Shown here: in pieces, positions 1 through 8,817 of the stretch | Numbering within the stretch: position 1 is the stretch's first letter | Layout: each line of letters starts with the position of its first letter | Origin: Candidatus Latescibacterota bacterium | GTDB lineage: Bacteria > Latescibacterota > UBA2968 > UBA8231 | Direction: 5' to 3' | Assembly (NCBI GenBank): GCA_965221775.1 | Contig: CBDCSU010000006.1 | Coordinates: 2,208,001 to 2,272,000, forward strand | Length of the DNA: 64,000 nt | The notes under the pieces: generated by a model | Told to the model about the DNA's origin: nothing | Database searches by the model: none | The model's input: the letters and a program-made list of their open reading frames with translations, nothing else | Translations under genes and position numbers: made by a program

Positions 1-1278
1 CCCGAACCCGCTGATCCCCGCCGTCGGGGGGCGGCCGGCCTGCAGCGGCCAGGCGGTCTGCTCGGAGGTGACTCGCAAAGGCAGCTGGCCCCAGTCCATC
101 CGCGGGTTCGGCTCGTGGAAGTGGAGGTGCCGGGGAATCACTCCCCGCTGCATGGCCAGCACCACCTTGATCAGGCCGGCGACCCCGGCCGCCGGCTCGA
201 GGTGGCCGATGTTGGTCTTCACCGAGCCGATCAGCAGGGGGCGGTCCGTCTCGCGTCCCCTGCCGTAGGCGGCCGCCGCGGCCTCGAGCTCGATCGGGTC
301 TCCCACCTCCGTCCCGGTGCCGTGCGCCTCCAGGTAGTCCACCTCCGACGGCTGGACCCCCGCGCGGGACAAGGCGTCCCCGATCACGCGCTCCTGGGCG
401 GCCGCGCTCGGCACCGTCAGCCCCGGGGTGGCCCCGTCCTGGTTGACCGCCGAGCCGCGGATCACCCCCCAGATGCGGTCGCCGTCCGCCTCCGCCTGGC
501 GCAGGGGCTTGAGGACCACGATGCCACAGCCTTCACCCCGCACGTAGCCGTTGGCCGCGGCGTCGAAGGTCTTGCAGCGCCCGTCCGGCGCCAGCATCCC
601 CGCCTTGCCGCGCAGCTCGGACAGCCGTCCCGACAGGATCAGGTGAACGCCCCCGGCGAGGGCGAGGTCCGCTTCCCCCCGATGCAGGGCGGAGACCGCC
701 TGGTGAATGGCCACCAGCGACGAGGAGCAGGCGGTGTCCAGCGCCATCGCCGGTCCGGCCAGATCCAGCGCGAAGGCGACCCGGCCGATGGCGGTGTTGA
801 AGGAGGTGCCGCTCACCGCGTAGAGGCTGTCCGCCGGCTCGGTGATCTCCCTTCGGGACAGGATCAGACTGCGGTAGTCGTGATTGCTGATCCCGGCGTA
901 CACCCCGGTGCGGCTGCCCTTCAGGCGGCCGGGATCGATCCCGGCGTCCTCCAGGGCCCGCCAACAGGTCTCCAGCATCAGCCGCTGCTGCGGATCCAGC
1001 AGGTCCGCCTCGACCGGGGAGATCCGGAAGAAGGCGGCGTCGAAGAGGTCGATCCTGTCGAGGAAGCCACCGAACCGGCAGGACTCGCTCTGAACCTCGG
1101 CGTCCGGGAACAGCTCTCCGAAGCGCCCGACCCCGGAGCCCGGAACGACCTCGATGACCCCGTTCTCCCCGGCTTCGAGGAGGCGCCAGAATGCGGACAA
1201 GCCCTCTGCCTTGGGAAACCGGCACGCCATGCCGACGATCGCTACCGGCCGTTGCGCGGAAACGGGTGACTCGGTCAT
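1..1278 (-). CDS. Type I polyketide synthase, N-terminal ketosynthase domain (partial, runs off left edge); sup-type PKS-like
   Basis: Not in the ORF track; translated by hand from ATG 1278: MTESPVSAQRPVAIVGMACRFP...DPQQRLMLE...GPAMALDTACSSSLVA...EAHGTGTEVGDPIE...GSVKTNIGHLE...AGISGFG. The Cys-His-His triad is intact. Confidence 0.95.
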   Translation of the reverse strand, partial: MTESPVSAQRPVAIVGMACRFPKAEGLSAFWRLLEAGENGVIEVVPGSGVGRFGELFPDAEVQSESCRFGGFLDRIDLFDAAFFRISPVEADLLDPQQRLMLETCWRALEDAGIDPGRLKGSRTGVYAGISNHDYRSLILSRREITEPADSLYAVSGTSFNTAIGRVAFALDLAGPAMALDTACSSSLVAIHQAVSALHRGEADLALAGGVHLILSGRLSELRGKAGMLAPDGRCKTFDAAANGYVRGEGCGIVVLKPLRQAEADGDRIWGVIRGSAVNQDGATPGLTVPSAAAQERVIGDALSRAGVQPSEVDYLEAHGTGTEVGDPIELEAAAAAYGRGRETDRPLLIGSVKTNIGHLEPAAGVAGLIKVVLAMQRGVIPRHLHFHEPNPRMDWGQLPLRVTSEQTAWPLQAGRPPTAGISGFG

Positions 1279-1330
1279 GATGCTCCATCCATGGGATTCG
1301 GAGGCGTCTCCAGATCGTTGCCTGCCCGGA

Positions 1331-1339
1331 ATGATACCA
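1331..1339 (-). promoter_or_regulatory. Candidate extended -10 (TGnTATCAT) for the PKS gene
   Basis: Reverse complement TGGTATCAT about 50 nt upstream of ATG 1278. Confidence 0.35.
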
Positions 1340-1440
1340 TGTGCCGGGGCTGGAGGCGACCCTGACGAGACGACATTGCACGAGGACCGGGCGGGACCGG
1401 GAATCTTCGATGACGGCCCGGACGGCGGCTGCCGGAGGAC

Positions 1441-1470
1441 TTGCCGGTGCAATGAAACATGCGCTACACT
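1441..1470 (+). promoter_or_regulatory. Candidate sigma70 promoter TTGCCG-N18-TACACT for the signalling operon
   Basis: Consensus-like -35/-10 pair about 58 nt upstream of ATG 1528. Confidence 0.4.
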
Positions 1471-1527
1471 CCCCGACTTGCGTACCTTACAGTCCGGCGA
1501 GCAGCGCATTGAAAGGCCAGTGACCGC

Positions 1528-2709
1528 ATGTCCAATCCTGGAACGACCATGGTGCCGAAGATCCTCGTGGTGGACGACGAGCCGGATCTCGAGGTGCTGC
1601 TCCGGCAGAAGTTCAGGCGCAAGACCCGCTCCGGACAGCTCAGCCTGATCTTCGCCCAGAACGGGGTCGAGGCCCTCAAGCAGCTCGAGGACCACGACGA
1701 TGTCGACCTGGTGCTTTCCGACATCAACATGCCCGAGATGGACGGTCTCACCCTCCTGCAGCAACTCGGCAGTCTCGACTACGACCTGCGGGCGGTGATG
1801 GTCACCGCCTACGGGGACATGAAGAACATCCGCACCGCCATGAACCGGGGCGCTTTCGACTTCGTCACCAAGCCGATCGACTTCGAGGATCTCGAGGCGA
1901 CGATCGACAAGACCCTCGAGCACCTGGTGATCATGCGAGAGGCGCTGCGGTCCCGGGACGAGCTGGTGGCCCTGCGCCAGGAACTCGGGGTGGCGGCGCA
2001 GATGCAGGAGTCCATCCTGCCCACCGATTTCCCCAGGGATCCCCGTTTCGAGCTTCACGCCTCCATGATCCCGGCGCGCGAGGTGGGCGGCGACTTCTAC
2101 GACTTCTTCCGGCTCGAGGATGAGCGCCTGGGTATCGTGGTGGCCGACGTATCCGGAAAGGGGGTGCCGGCGGCCCTCTTCATGATGGTGAGCCGCACCC
2201 TGATGAAGGGCACCGCCATCGGGGAGGGCGACCCGGGGGCCTGTCTCACCGAGGTGAACCAGCTCCTCACCGAGTCGAACGAGGAGTCGATGTTCGTCAC
2301 CGTCTTCTATACCAGCTTCAACCCGGAGACGGGGCACGTGGAATACGCCAATGCGGGGCACAATCTGCCGTACGTGGTCAAGCCCTCCGGCCAGGTCCGG
2401 CAGATCGACTGCCCCCCGGGTCTCGTCCTCGGCGTGCTTCCGGAGTTCGACTTTCCCGGCGGCAACCTCGACCTCGAGCCGGGAGACGCGCTGTTCTTCT
2501 ACACCGACGGCGTCAACGAGGCGATGGACGAGAACGGCGAGGAGTTCGGCGACGAGAGGCTGACCCGGGTCCTGGCGGAAGCCGCCGGATCGAGCGCCGC
2601 CGACTTCAGTCAGCGGATGGTGGAGGCCGTGCACGCCCACGCCGGCGAGGCCCCCCAGTCCGACGACATCACCTGCATGACCCTCCGCTACCTGGGAGGT
2701 GGCTCCTGA
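1528..2709 (+). CDS. Response regulator receiver + PP2C/SpoIIE phosphatase (RsbU/RsbP-like)
   Basis: REC motifs ILVVDDE, LSDINMPEMDG, FVTKP; SpoIIE motifs VGGDFYD, VADVSGKG, YANAGHN, FYTDGVNEA, SDDIT; alternative start 1549. Confidence 0.93.
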   Translation: MSNPGTTMVPKILVVDDEPDLEVLLRQKFRRKTRSGQLSLIFAQNGVEALKQLEDHDDVDLVLSDINMPEMDGLTLLQQLGSLDYDLRAVMVTAYGDMKNIRTAMNRGAFDFVTKPIDFEDLEATIDKTLEHLVIMREALRSRDELVALRQELGVAAQMQESILPTDFPRDPRFELHASMIPAREVGGDFYDFFRLEDERLGIVVADVSGKGVPAALFMMVSRTLMKGTAIGEGDPGACLTEVNQLLTESNEESMFVTVFYTSFNPETGHVEYANAGHNLPYVVKPSGQVRQIDCPPGLVLGVLPEFDFPGGNLDLEPGDALFFYTDGVNEAMDENGEEFGDERLTRVLAEAAGSSAADFSQRMVEAVHAHAGEAPQSDDITCMTLRYLGGGS

Positions 2710-2710
2710 G

Positions 2711-3898
2711 ATGACCCGGCTGGCCCTCCTCGCCGCCGCGGCGTTCGGGCTGGCCCCGGCGGCGGCGGTCGGGCAGGGGGCGCAGGGAGGCGGCGACGGG
2801 GTCCATGCCGACTCCATCCTCTTCGGCCAGTCGGCGGCGCTGAGCGGCCCGGCCGCCGAACTGGGCCGCAACATGAACCTCGGCATCCGCGCCGCCTTCG
2901 AGGAGGTCAACCGGTCCGGCGGCATCGGCGGCCGCCAACTGAAGCTCCTGGTGCGGGACGACGGTTACGAGCCCGAAGCCGCCGTCGCCAACACCCGGGA
3001 GCTCATCGCCCGCGGCGTCTTCGGCCTCATCGGCGCCGTCGGCACACCCACTTCCAACGCCGCCGAGCCGATCGCCAGCGGCGCCTCGGTCCCCTACATC
3101 GGACCCTTCACCGGCGCCGAGCTGCTCCGGGGGGACGACCAGCGCTACGTGGTGAACGTGCGCGCCTCCTACTTCCAGGAGACGGAAGAGATGGTGGCGC
3201 GGCTCACCGAGGACCTGGGCTTCCGCCGCATCGCCATCCTCTACCAGGACGACAGCTACGGCATGGCCGGCCTGACGGGGGTCCGCCAGGCCCTCGGCCG
3301 GCGCGGCATGGAGCTGGTGGGCGAGGTCACCTACATGCGCAACACGGTGGCCGTGAAGCGGGCCCTCCTCGGCCTTCAGGACAGCGACCCGGAGGCGGTC
3401 ATCATCATCGGCGCCTACCGCCCGGCGGCCCACTTCATCAAGTGGGCGCGGAAGATCGGCCTGGGCGCCGTCTTCGTGAACATCTCCTTCGTCGGCAGCA
3501 ACGCCCTGCTGCAGGAGCTGGGCCGCCACGGCGACGGCGTCGTGGTGACCCAGGTGGTGCCCTTCCCCCGGGACACCGGGATCCCGGTGGTGGTCCGCTA
3601 TCACGCCGCCCTGAAGGCGGTGGAAGCGGCGGCTCAACCGGGGTTCGTCTCCCTGGAGGGGTATCTCGCCGGGCGCCTGGTGGTCGATGCCCTGCGCGCC
3701 GCCACCGCCTCCGGCGACGGCGGACCGGTCCCGCCCACCCGCGAGGCCTTCCTCCGCGTTCTGGAGGAGGCCGGCCCCATCGACCTGGGGGGCTTCCGGG
3801 TCGAGTACGGACCGGGGGACAACCAGGGGTCCGACAGGGTCTTCCTGACCATGATCCGCGGGGGCCGGTTCGCCCCGGTGACCCACTTGTCGCGGTGA
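2711..3898 (+). CDS. Periplasmic ligand-binding protein (LivJ/type I PBP family) with signal peptide
   Basis: Signal peptide; FGQSAALSGPAAELG, DDGYEP, VGTPTS, NVRASYFQE, ISFVGS; no ABC permease or ATPase adjacent. Confidence 0.88.
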   Translation: MTRLALLAAAAFGLAPAAAVGQGAQGGGDGVHADSILFGQSAALSGPAAELGRNMNLGIRAAFEEVNRSGGIGGRQLKLLVRDDGYEPEAAVANTRELIARGVFGLIGAVGTPTSNAAEPIASGASVPYIGPFTGAELLRGDDQRYVVNVRASYFQETEEMVARLTEDLGFRRIAILYQDDSYGMAGLTGVRQALGRRGMELVGEVTYMRNTVAVKRALLGLQDSDPEAVIIIGAYRPAAHFIKWARKIGLGAVFVNISFVGSNALLQELGRHGDGVVVTQVVPFPRDTGIPVVVRYHAALKAVEAAAQPGFVSLEGYLAGRLVVDALRAATASGDGGPVPPTREAFLRVLEEAGPIDLGGFRVEYGPGDNQGSDRVFLTMIRGGRFAPVTHLSR

Positions 3899-6153
3899 AG
3901 GCGATGGACGACCGCATTCACGCCGCCTTCGCGTGGTTCCTGAAGCGGCTCCCGAGCCGTCTCGGGGCCCGTCTGCGCAGGGCCACGGGAGGCCGCTTCG
4001 GCATCGGCAGCCAGATCGTCGTGGTCCTGGGGGGCGGGGTGACCCTGACCATCGGCGCGGTGGTCCTGGCGCTGGTGCTGATGAGAGTCGTGAGCTCCCG
4101 CCAGAGCGAGGTCACCGAGGGCCACATGCCGGCCCTGGTGGCCGCCTTCGAGGTCGCCCGCAGCAGCTCCGAGCTGGTGCGGGCATCGCCCCGGCTCCTG
4201 GCCGCCGCCGATCCCGCGGGCCTCAAGCAGGTGGGACGGGACGTGGCCCGGGAGGAAGAAATCCTCCGGAGGTGGCTCGTGGAGGTGAAGCGGGCCGAGT
4301 CCAAGGGCGGCGTCGAGGGCGGGGTGGGGCACCGGGTCGTGCCGCTGGCCGACAGTCTGGTGGAGAGCATCACCCGGATCCAGGAGTCGGTGAGCCGCAG
4401 GATGGCGTACCGGGACCGGCTCCGGGAGCTGGAAGGGCGGGTGGAGAGCCTGGCCCTGGAGCTGCAGCTGTTGCTGGAGGAGCTGGTGGACGACCAGCAC
4501 TTCTTCATGCACACCGGACTCCGCGGCCTCGACGACGCCCCGGTCCCCGCCGCCCGGCGGACGTCGAGGTCCGAGCTCGCCCACTACGCCGGTCTCCTCG
4601 ACTTCCAGGCTTCGCAGAACGTCACCACCACCTTCGTGCAGCAGGCGATGACCGAGGATGACCCCGAGCTGTTGCGGGCGAACCGGGAGCGGGTGGAGAC
4701 GGCCATGAGCGACGTGAGGAGGGCCCTGTCCGGGATCCGGCCCGGGATCCGGTCGCGGCTCCAGCCTCGCGTGGAGGTCCTGAGAGATCTCTACGCCGCG
4801 TCCGACGGCGCTCTCGAGACCCGAACCCGCGAACTGGCGGAGATCCGCCGCTCCGAGGATCTCCTGGCGCGCAATCAGCAGACGACGGCGGACCTGGTGG
4901 CGATGGTGGAGGGCCTGGTGAAGGACGCCGAGGCCTCCACCCGGAACGCGGCCAATCGCTCGCGCAATCTGGTGCGCCTCGGGTTCTGGTTCCTGCTCGG
5001 GGTCACCCTGCTGACCCTGGTGGCTGCCTGCTTCGTCTGGAAGCTCTTCGGCGAGCGTCTGCTGGCGCGGATGGACAGCCTCTTCGACGCCACCCGGCGG
5101 ATGTCGGAGGGAGACCTGGAGGTGCAGGTGCGGATCGAGGGCAACGACGAGGTGACCGACATGGCCGGGGCCCTGGAGATCTTCCGGCAGCACGCCGTCG
5201 AGGTGCAGCGGCTCAATCTCGTGGAGAAGCTGGCGGCGGAGGTGCAGGCCAAGAACTCGGAGCTCGAGGCCACCAACTCCGAGCTGGAAACGACGCTGGA
5301 AGACCTCAAGCGCACCCAGCAGCAGGTCATCAGCCAGGAGAAGCTGGCCTCCCTGGGCGCCCTCACCGCCGGCATCGCCCACGAGATCCGGAACCCCCTG
5401 AACTTCGTGAACAACTTCGCCGGCCTGTCGTCGGAGCTGATCGACGAGTTGCGGGAAGAGCTGAAACGGGAGGGGAACGGCGAGGGCGAGGGGGACGGCG
5501 AGGGCGGCATGGACCGGGAACTGGTGGAGGAGATCCTCGACGATCTCGGCGGGAACGTGGTCAAGGTCAGGGAGCACGGCGAGCGCGCCAACCGCATCGT
5601 CGAGGGCATGCTGGCCCACTCCCGCAACGAGGCGGGACAGGTGGAAGCGGTGGACATCAACCTGATGGTGGACGAGTACGCCAAGCTCGCCTATCACGGT
5701 CTCAGGGGAACCGACTCGACCTTCAACGTCAACCTGGTGCAGGAGTTCGACGACAACGCCGGCGAGGTCGATGCCGTCTCCCGTGACTTGAGCCGGGTCT
5801 TCCTCAACGTGGTCACCAACGCCTGCCATGCCACCATCGCCCGCGGCAAGGAGGCGGAAGGGCCCTACGAGCCCACCGTGAGCCTGAAGACCGAGAGCCG
5901 CGGGGAGACCGTCTGCATCTCCATCCGCGACAATGGCACGGGTATCCCGGACCACATCGTCGACAAGATCTTCGACCCCTTCTTCACCACCAAGTCGGGG
6001 ACCCAGGGCACCGGTCTGGGGCTGTCGATCTCCCACGAGATCATCCGCGAGCACGGCGGGGAGTTCCAGGTGGAGACCGAGGTGGGGGAGTACACCGAGT
6101 TCAGGATCGTGCTGCCGCGAAAGCGCCTCGCTCCAGCGGCTGAGGGTTCCTGA
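3895..6153 (+). CDS. Sensor histidine kinase (TorS-like helical sensor, HAMP, HisKA, HATPase)
   Basis: Two TM helices; H-box AGIAHEIRNPLNFV; N-box NVVTNACHA; DNGTGI; FDPFFTTK; GTGLGL. GTG 3895 overlaps the upstream stop (alternative ATG 3904). Confidence 0.92.
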   Translation: MKAMDDRIHAAFAWFLKRLPSRLGARLRRATGGRFGIGSQIVVVLGGGVTLTIGAVVLALVLMRVVSSRQSEVTEGHMPALVAAFEVARSSSELVRASPRLLAAADPAGLKQVGRDVAREEEILRRWLVEVKRAESKGGVEGGVGHRVVPLADSLVESITRIQESVSRRMAYRDRLRELEGRVESLALELQLLLEELVDDQHFFMHTGLRGLDDAPVPAARRTSRSELAHYAGLLDFQASQNVTTTFVQQAMTEDDPELLRANRERVETAMSDVRRALSGIRPGIRSRLQPRVEVLRDLYAASDGALETRTRELAEIRRSEDLLARNQQTTADLVAMVEGLVKDAEASTRNAANRSRNLVRLGFWFLLGVTLLTLVAACFVWKLFGERLLARMDSLFDATRRMSEGDLEVQVRIEGNDEVTDMAGALEIFRQHAVEVQRLNLVEKLAAEVQAKNSELEATNSELETTLEDLKRTQQQVISQEKLASLGALTAGIAHEIRNPLNFVNNFAGLSSELIDELREELKREGNGEGEGDGEGGMDRELVEEILDDLGGNVVKVREHGERANRIVEGMLAHSRNEAGQVEAVDINLMVDEYAKLAYHGLRGTDSTFNVNLVQEFDDNAGEVDAVSRDLSRVFLNVVTNACHATIARGKEAEGPYEPTVSLKTESRGETVCISIRDNGTGIPDHIVDKIFDPFFTTKSGTQGTGLGLSISHEIIREHGGEFQVETEVGEYTEFRIVLPRKRLAPAAEGS

Positions 6154-6188
6154 TTCCACCAGCCAGGATTGGATTCCGAGGACAAGCG

Positions 6189-6959
6189 ATGAAGATCGAG
6201 TGCGCCGCCGTGGCGGCCCTGATGCTGGCCACCGGGGCCGCGGCGCCGGCGCAGACCGAGTTCCACCTGCAGTACGGCGAGTTGCTGAACCCGTTCTCCG
6301 CCACCGAAGAGGCGACCCTCGTGGTCACCGTCCAGAGGGCTTCCGGATGGCAGTTCGGGGACAGCTTCTTCTTCGTCGATTACCTCGACGACGGCGGCGA
6401 GGACGGCTTCAACGACAGGGAGTTCTACGCCGAGTGGTATCCGACGCTCAGCCTGGGCAAGCTCTCCGGCCGGGACCTGCGCCTGGGGCCGGTGGCCGAC
6501 CTCTCCCTCGTGGCCGGTATCAACGCCGGAGGCGACGGCAAGGTCGTGAAGTACCTCCCCGGTCTGAGGGCCTCCTGGGAGGTGCCGGGATTCCTGTTCC
6601 TCAACACCGATCTCACCGCCTATATCGACGATAACGCCGGCCTCGCCGCCGGCGGCCCCCCGGAGACCGGAAACAGCTTCACGCTCGACGTCAGCTGGGC
6701 CTTCCCCTTCGAGGCGGCCGGCCAGTCCTTCGCCGTCGGCGGCCACGCCGAGTACGTCGCCGGCAGCACCGACGAGGTCGATGGCGAGGTGAGGGGGTGG
6801 ATTCTCGCTCAGCCCCAGCTCACGTGGGACCTGGGCCGGGCGCTCATCGGGGCTCCCGGCCGGCTGCTGGCCGGCATCGAGTACCAGCACTGGCGCAACA
6901 AGCTCGGAACGGACCAGCAGGAGAGCACCGCCCAGCTGCTGCTGGTCTGGCGTCCCTGA
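6189..6959 (+). CDS. Outer-membrane nucleoside channel Tsx/OmpK-like (DUF5020-like)
   Basis: Signal peptide; GWQFGDSFFFVD, FYAEWYP, QPQLTWD, GIEYQHWRNKLG. Confidence 0.75.
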   Translation: MKIECAAVAALMLATGAAAPAQTEFHLQYGELLNPFSATEEATLVVTVQRASGWQFGDSFFFVDYLDDGGEDGFNDREFYAEWYPTLSLGKLSGRDLRLGPVADLSLVAGINAGGDGKVVKYLPGLRASWEVPGFLFLNTDLTAYIDDNAGLAAGGPPETGNSFTLDVSWAFPFEAAGQSFAVGGHAEYVAGSTDEVDGEVRGWILAQPQLTWDLGRALIGAPGRLLAGIEYQHWRNKLGTDQQESTAQLLLVWRP

Positions 6960-6971
6960 TCGGAGAGGGTC

Positions 6972-8711
6972 TTGGAAACCGCGCACGGCAACGAGAACAT
7001 CCGCTTCGAGCCGGATGAACAACCCCCCCACCCGGTTGCCGCCGGGGTCGGCTTTCAGGCCGCGGTGGTCGTCCTCGCCCCCGTGGTGCTCAGCGCCATC
7101 ATCATCGGGCGCGCCGGTGGTCAGGGTCCGGACTACCTGGCCTGGACCGCCTTCGCGGCGCTGGTGGTGAGCGGCGTTACCACGGTCCTGCAGGCGGTCC
7201 GCCTCGGGCGGATCGGGGCCGGCCACGTGCTCATCATGGGCACCTCCGGCGCCTTCATCGCGGTCTGCATCGCGGCCCTGGCCCAGGGGGGACCGCCCCT
7301 GATGGCGAGCCTGATCGCGGTCTCCGCGCTCTTCCAGTTCGCCCTGTCGGCGCGGCTCTCCCTGGTGCGCCGGGTGATCACCCCGGTCGTCTCCGGAACG
7401 GTGATCATGCTGATCGCGGTGACGGTCATGCCGATCATCTTCGGCCTGCTCACCGATGTGCCCGAGGGCACGCCCCCCGCCGCGGCGCCCTCCGCGGCGG
7501 GGGCGACCTTCCTCGCCCTGGTGGTGCTGGCCCTGCGCGCCCCGCCGGCCTGGCGGCTGTGGGCGCCCCTCATCGGCATCGCCGTGGGCTGCGTCACCGC
7601 CGTCCCCTTCGGGCTGTATGACGCCCAGTCCGTGATCGATGCGCCCTGGATCGGCTTTCCCGACAGCGCATGGCCGGGGCTGGACCTGAGCCTGGGCCCG
7701 GAGTTCTGGGCCCTGCTGCCGGCCTTCGTGGTCGTCACCGTCGTCGGCGCCATCGAGACCATCGGCGACGGGGTCGCCATCCAACGGGTCTCGAGGCGCC
7801 AGCCGCGGGCCACCGATTTCCGCGTGGTCCAGGGCGCTCTCAACGCCGACGGGGTGGGCAACCTGCTGTCCGGACTCGCCGGGACCCCTCCCAACACGAC
7901 CTACTCGACGAGCATATCCCTGGCCGAGCTCACCGGGGTCGCCGCGCGCCGGGTCGGGGTGTATATCGGCGTGATCTTCATGGTCCTGGCCCTCTCGCCC
8001 AAGGTGACGGCCCTGGTGATCGCCATCCCCAACCCCGTGGGGGCGGCGTATGTCACCCTGCTCATTGGCATGCTCTTCGTGCAGGGGATGAAGATCGTCG
8101 TCGCCGACGGTCTCGATCACCGCAAGGCGGCGATGGTGGGGCTGTCGTTCTGGATCGGCGTCGGCTTTCAGAACCAGGTGATCTTCGCCGATCTGCTGGG
8201 GAAGACCTGGGGCACCCTCCTCGGCAACGGCATGACCGCCGGCGGGATGGCGGCCATCGCCCTCACCGCCTTCATGGAGATCACCGCTCCCCGGCGCCGT
8301 CGCCTGGAGGCGAAGCTGGCGGCGGCGTCGCTGCCGGAGATCGACGCCTTCCTCGAGAAGTGGGCGGCCCGGGCGGGCTGGGGCGAGGCGTCGACGGGGC
8401 GGCTGCGCTCGGCGGGAGAGGAGACGCTGGCGATCCTGTTGCAGCAGGCGGAGGAGGACGGGGCGGCCGGCAGGGACCGGCGGCTGATCCTCACGGCGCG
8501 TCTTGCCGAGGGTGCCATGGAACTGGAGTTCTCGGCATCCTCCGGCGCCGGGAACCTGGAGGACCGGCTGGCCTTCCTGACCGACCAGCCCGAGTTCGTG
8601 GACGAGCGCGAGATTTCCTTCCGCCTGTTGCGGCACTATGCCACCTCGGTGCGCCACCAGAAGTACCACGACGTGGACATCGTCGCGGTGCAGGTCGCGC
8701 AATCGCCCTGA
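6972..8711 (+). CDS. Xanthine/uracil permease (NCS2) with C-terminal RsbW/HATPase_c_2-like extension
   Basis: NCS2 motifs LVVSGVTTVLQ, GTSGAFI, ETIGD, ADGVGNLLSGLAG-PNTTYS; about 140-aa soluble C-terminal domain; TTG start with GGAGAGG RBS. Confidence 0.85.
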   Translation: METAHGNENIRFEPDEQPPHPVAAGVGFQAAVVVLAPVVLSAIIIGRAGGQGPDYLAWTAFAALVVSGVTTVLQAVRLGRIGAGHVLIMGTSGAFIAVCIAALAQGGPPLMASLIAVSALFQFALSARLSLVRRVITPVVSGTVIMLIAVTVMPIIFGLLTDVPEGTPPAAAPSAAGATFLALVVLALRAPPAWRLWAPLIGIAVGCVTAVPFGLYDAQSVIDAPWIGFPDSAWPGLDLSLGPEFWALLPAFVVVTVVGAIETIGDGVAIQRVSRRQPRATDFRVVQGALNADGVGNLLSGLAGTPPNTTYSTSISLAELTGVAARRVGVYIGVIFMVLALSPKVTALVIAIPNPVGAAYVTLLIGMLFVQGMKIVVADGLDHRKAAMVGLSFWIGVGFQNQVIFADLLGKTWGTLLGNGMTAGGMAAIALTAFMEITAPRRRRLEAKLAAASLPEIDAFLEKWAARAGWGEASTGRLRSAGEETLAILLQQAEEDGAAGRDRRLILTARLAEGAMELEFSASSGAGNLEDRLAFLTDQPEFVDEREISFRLLRHYATSVRHQKYHDVDIVAVQVAQSP

Positions 8712-8817
8712 GCGGAGTGGCTCCCCACATGGTTGCCCCGAATTCCGTGGCATCCCTATCCTTCGTCCCGCGTCCTTCCATGCCAAGCTGCACACCCCCC
8801 CAGCGTTCCTCCGCGCC

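Noticed and set aside
115-1269. 384-aa plus-strand ORF
   Set aside because: Antisense shadow of the PKS ketosynthase; no motifs of its own
5254-5294. NSELEAT-NSELETT duplication in the kinase coiled coil
   Set aside because: A single heptad duplication, common in signalling helices
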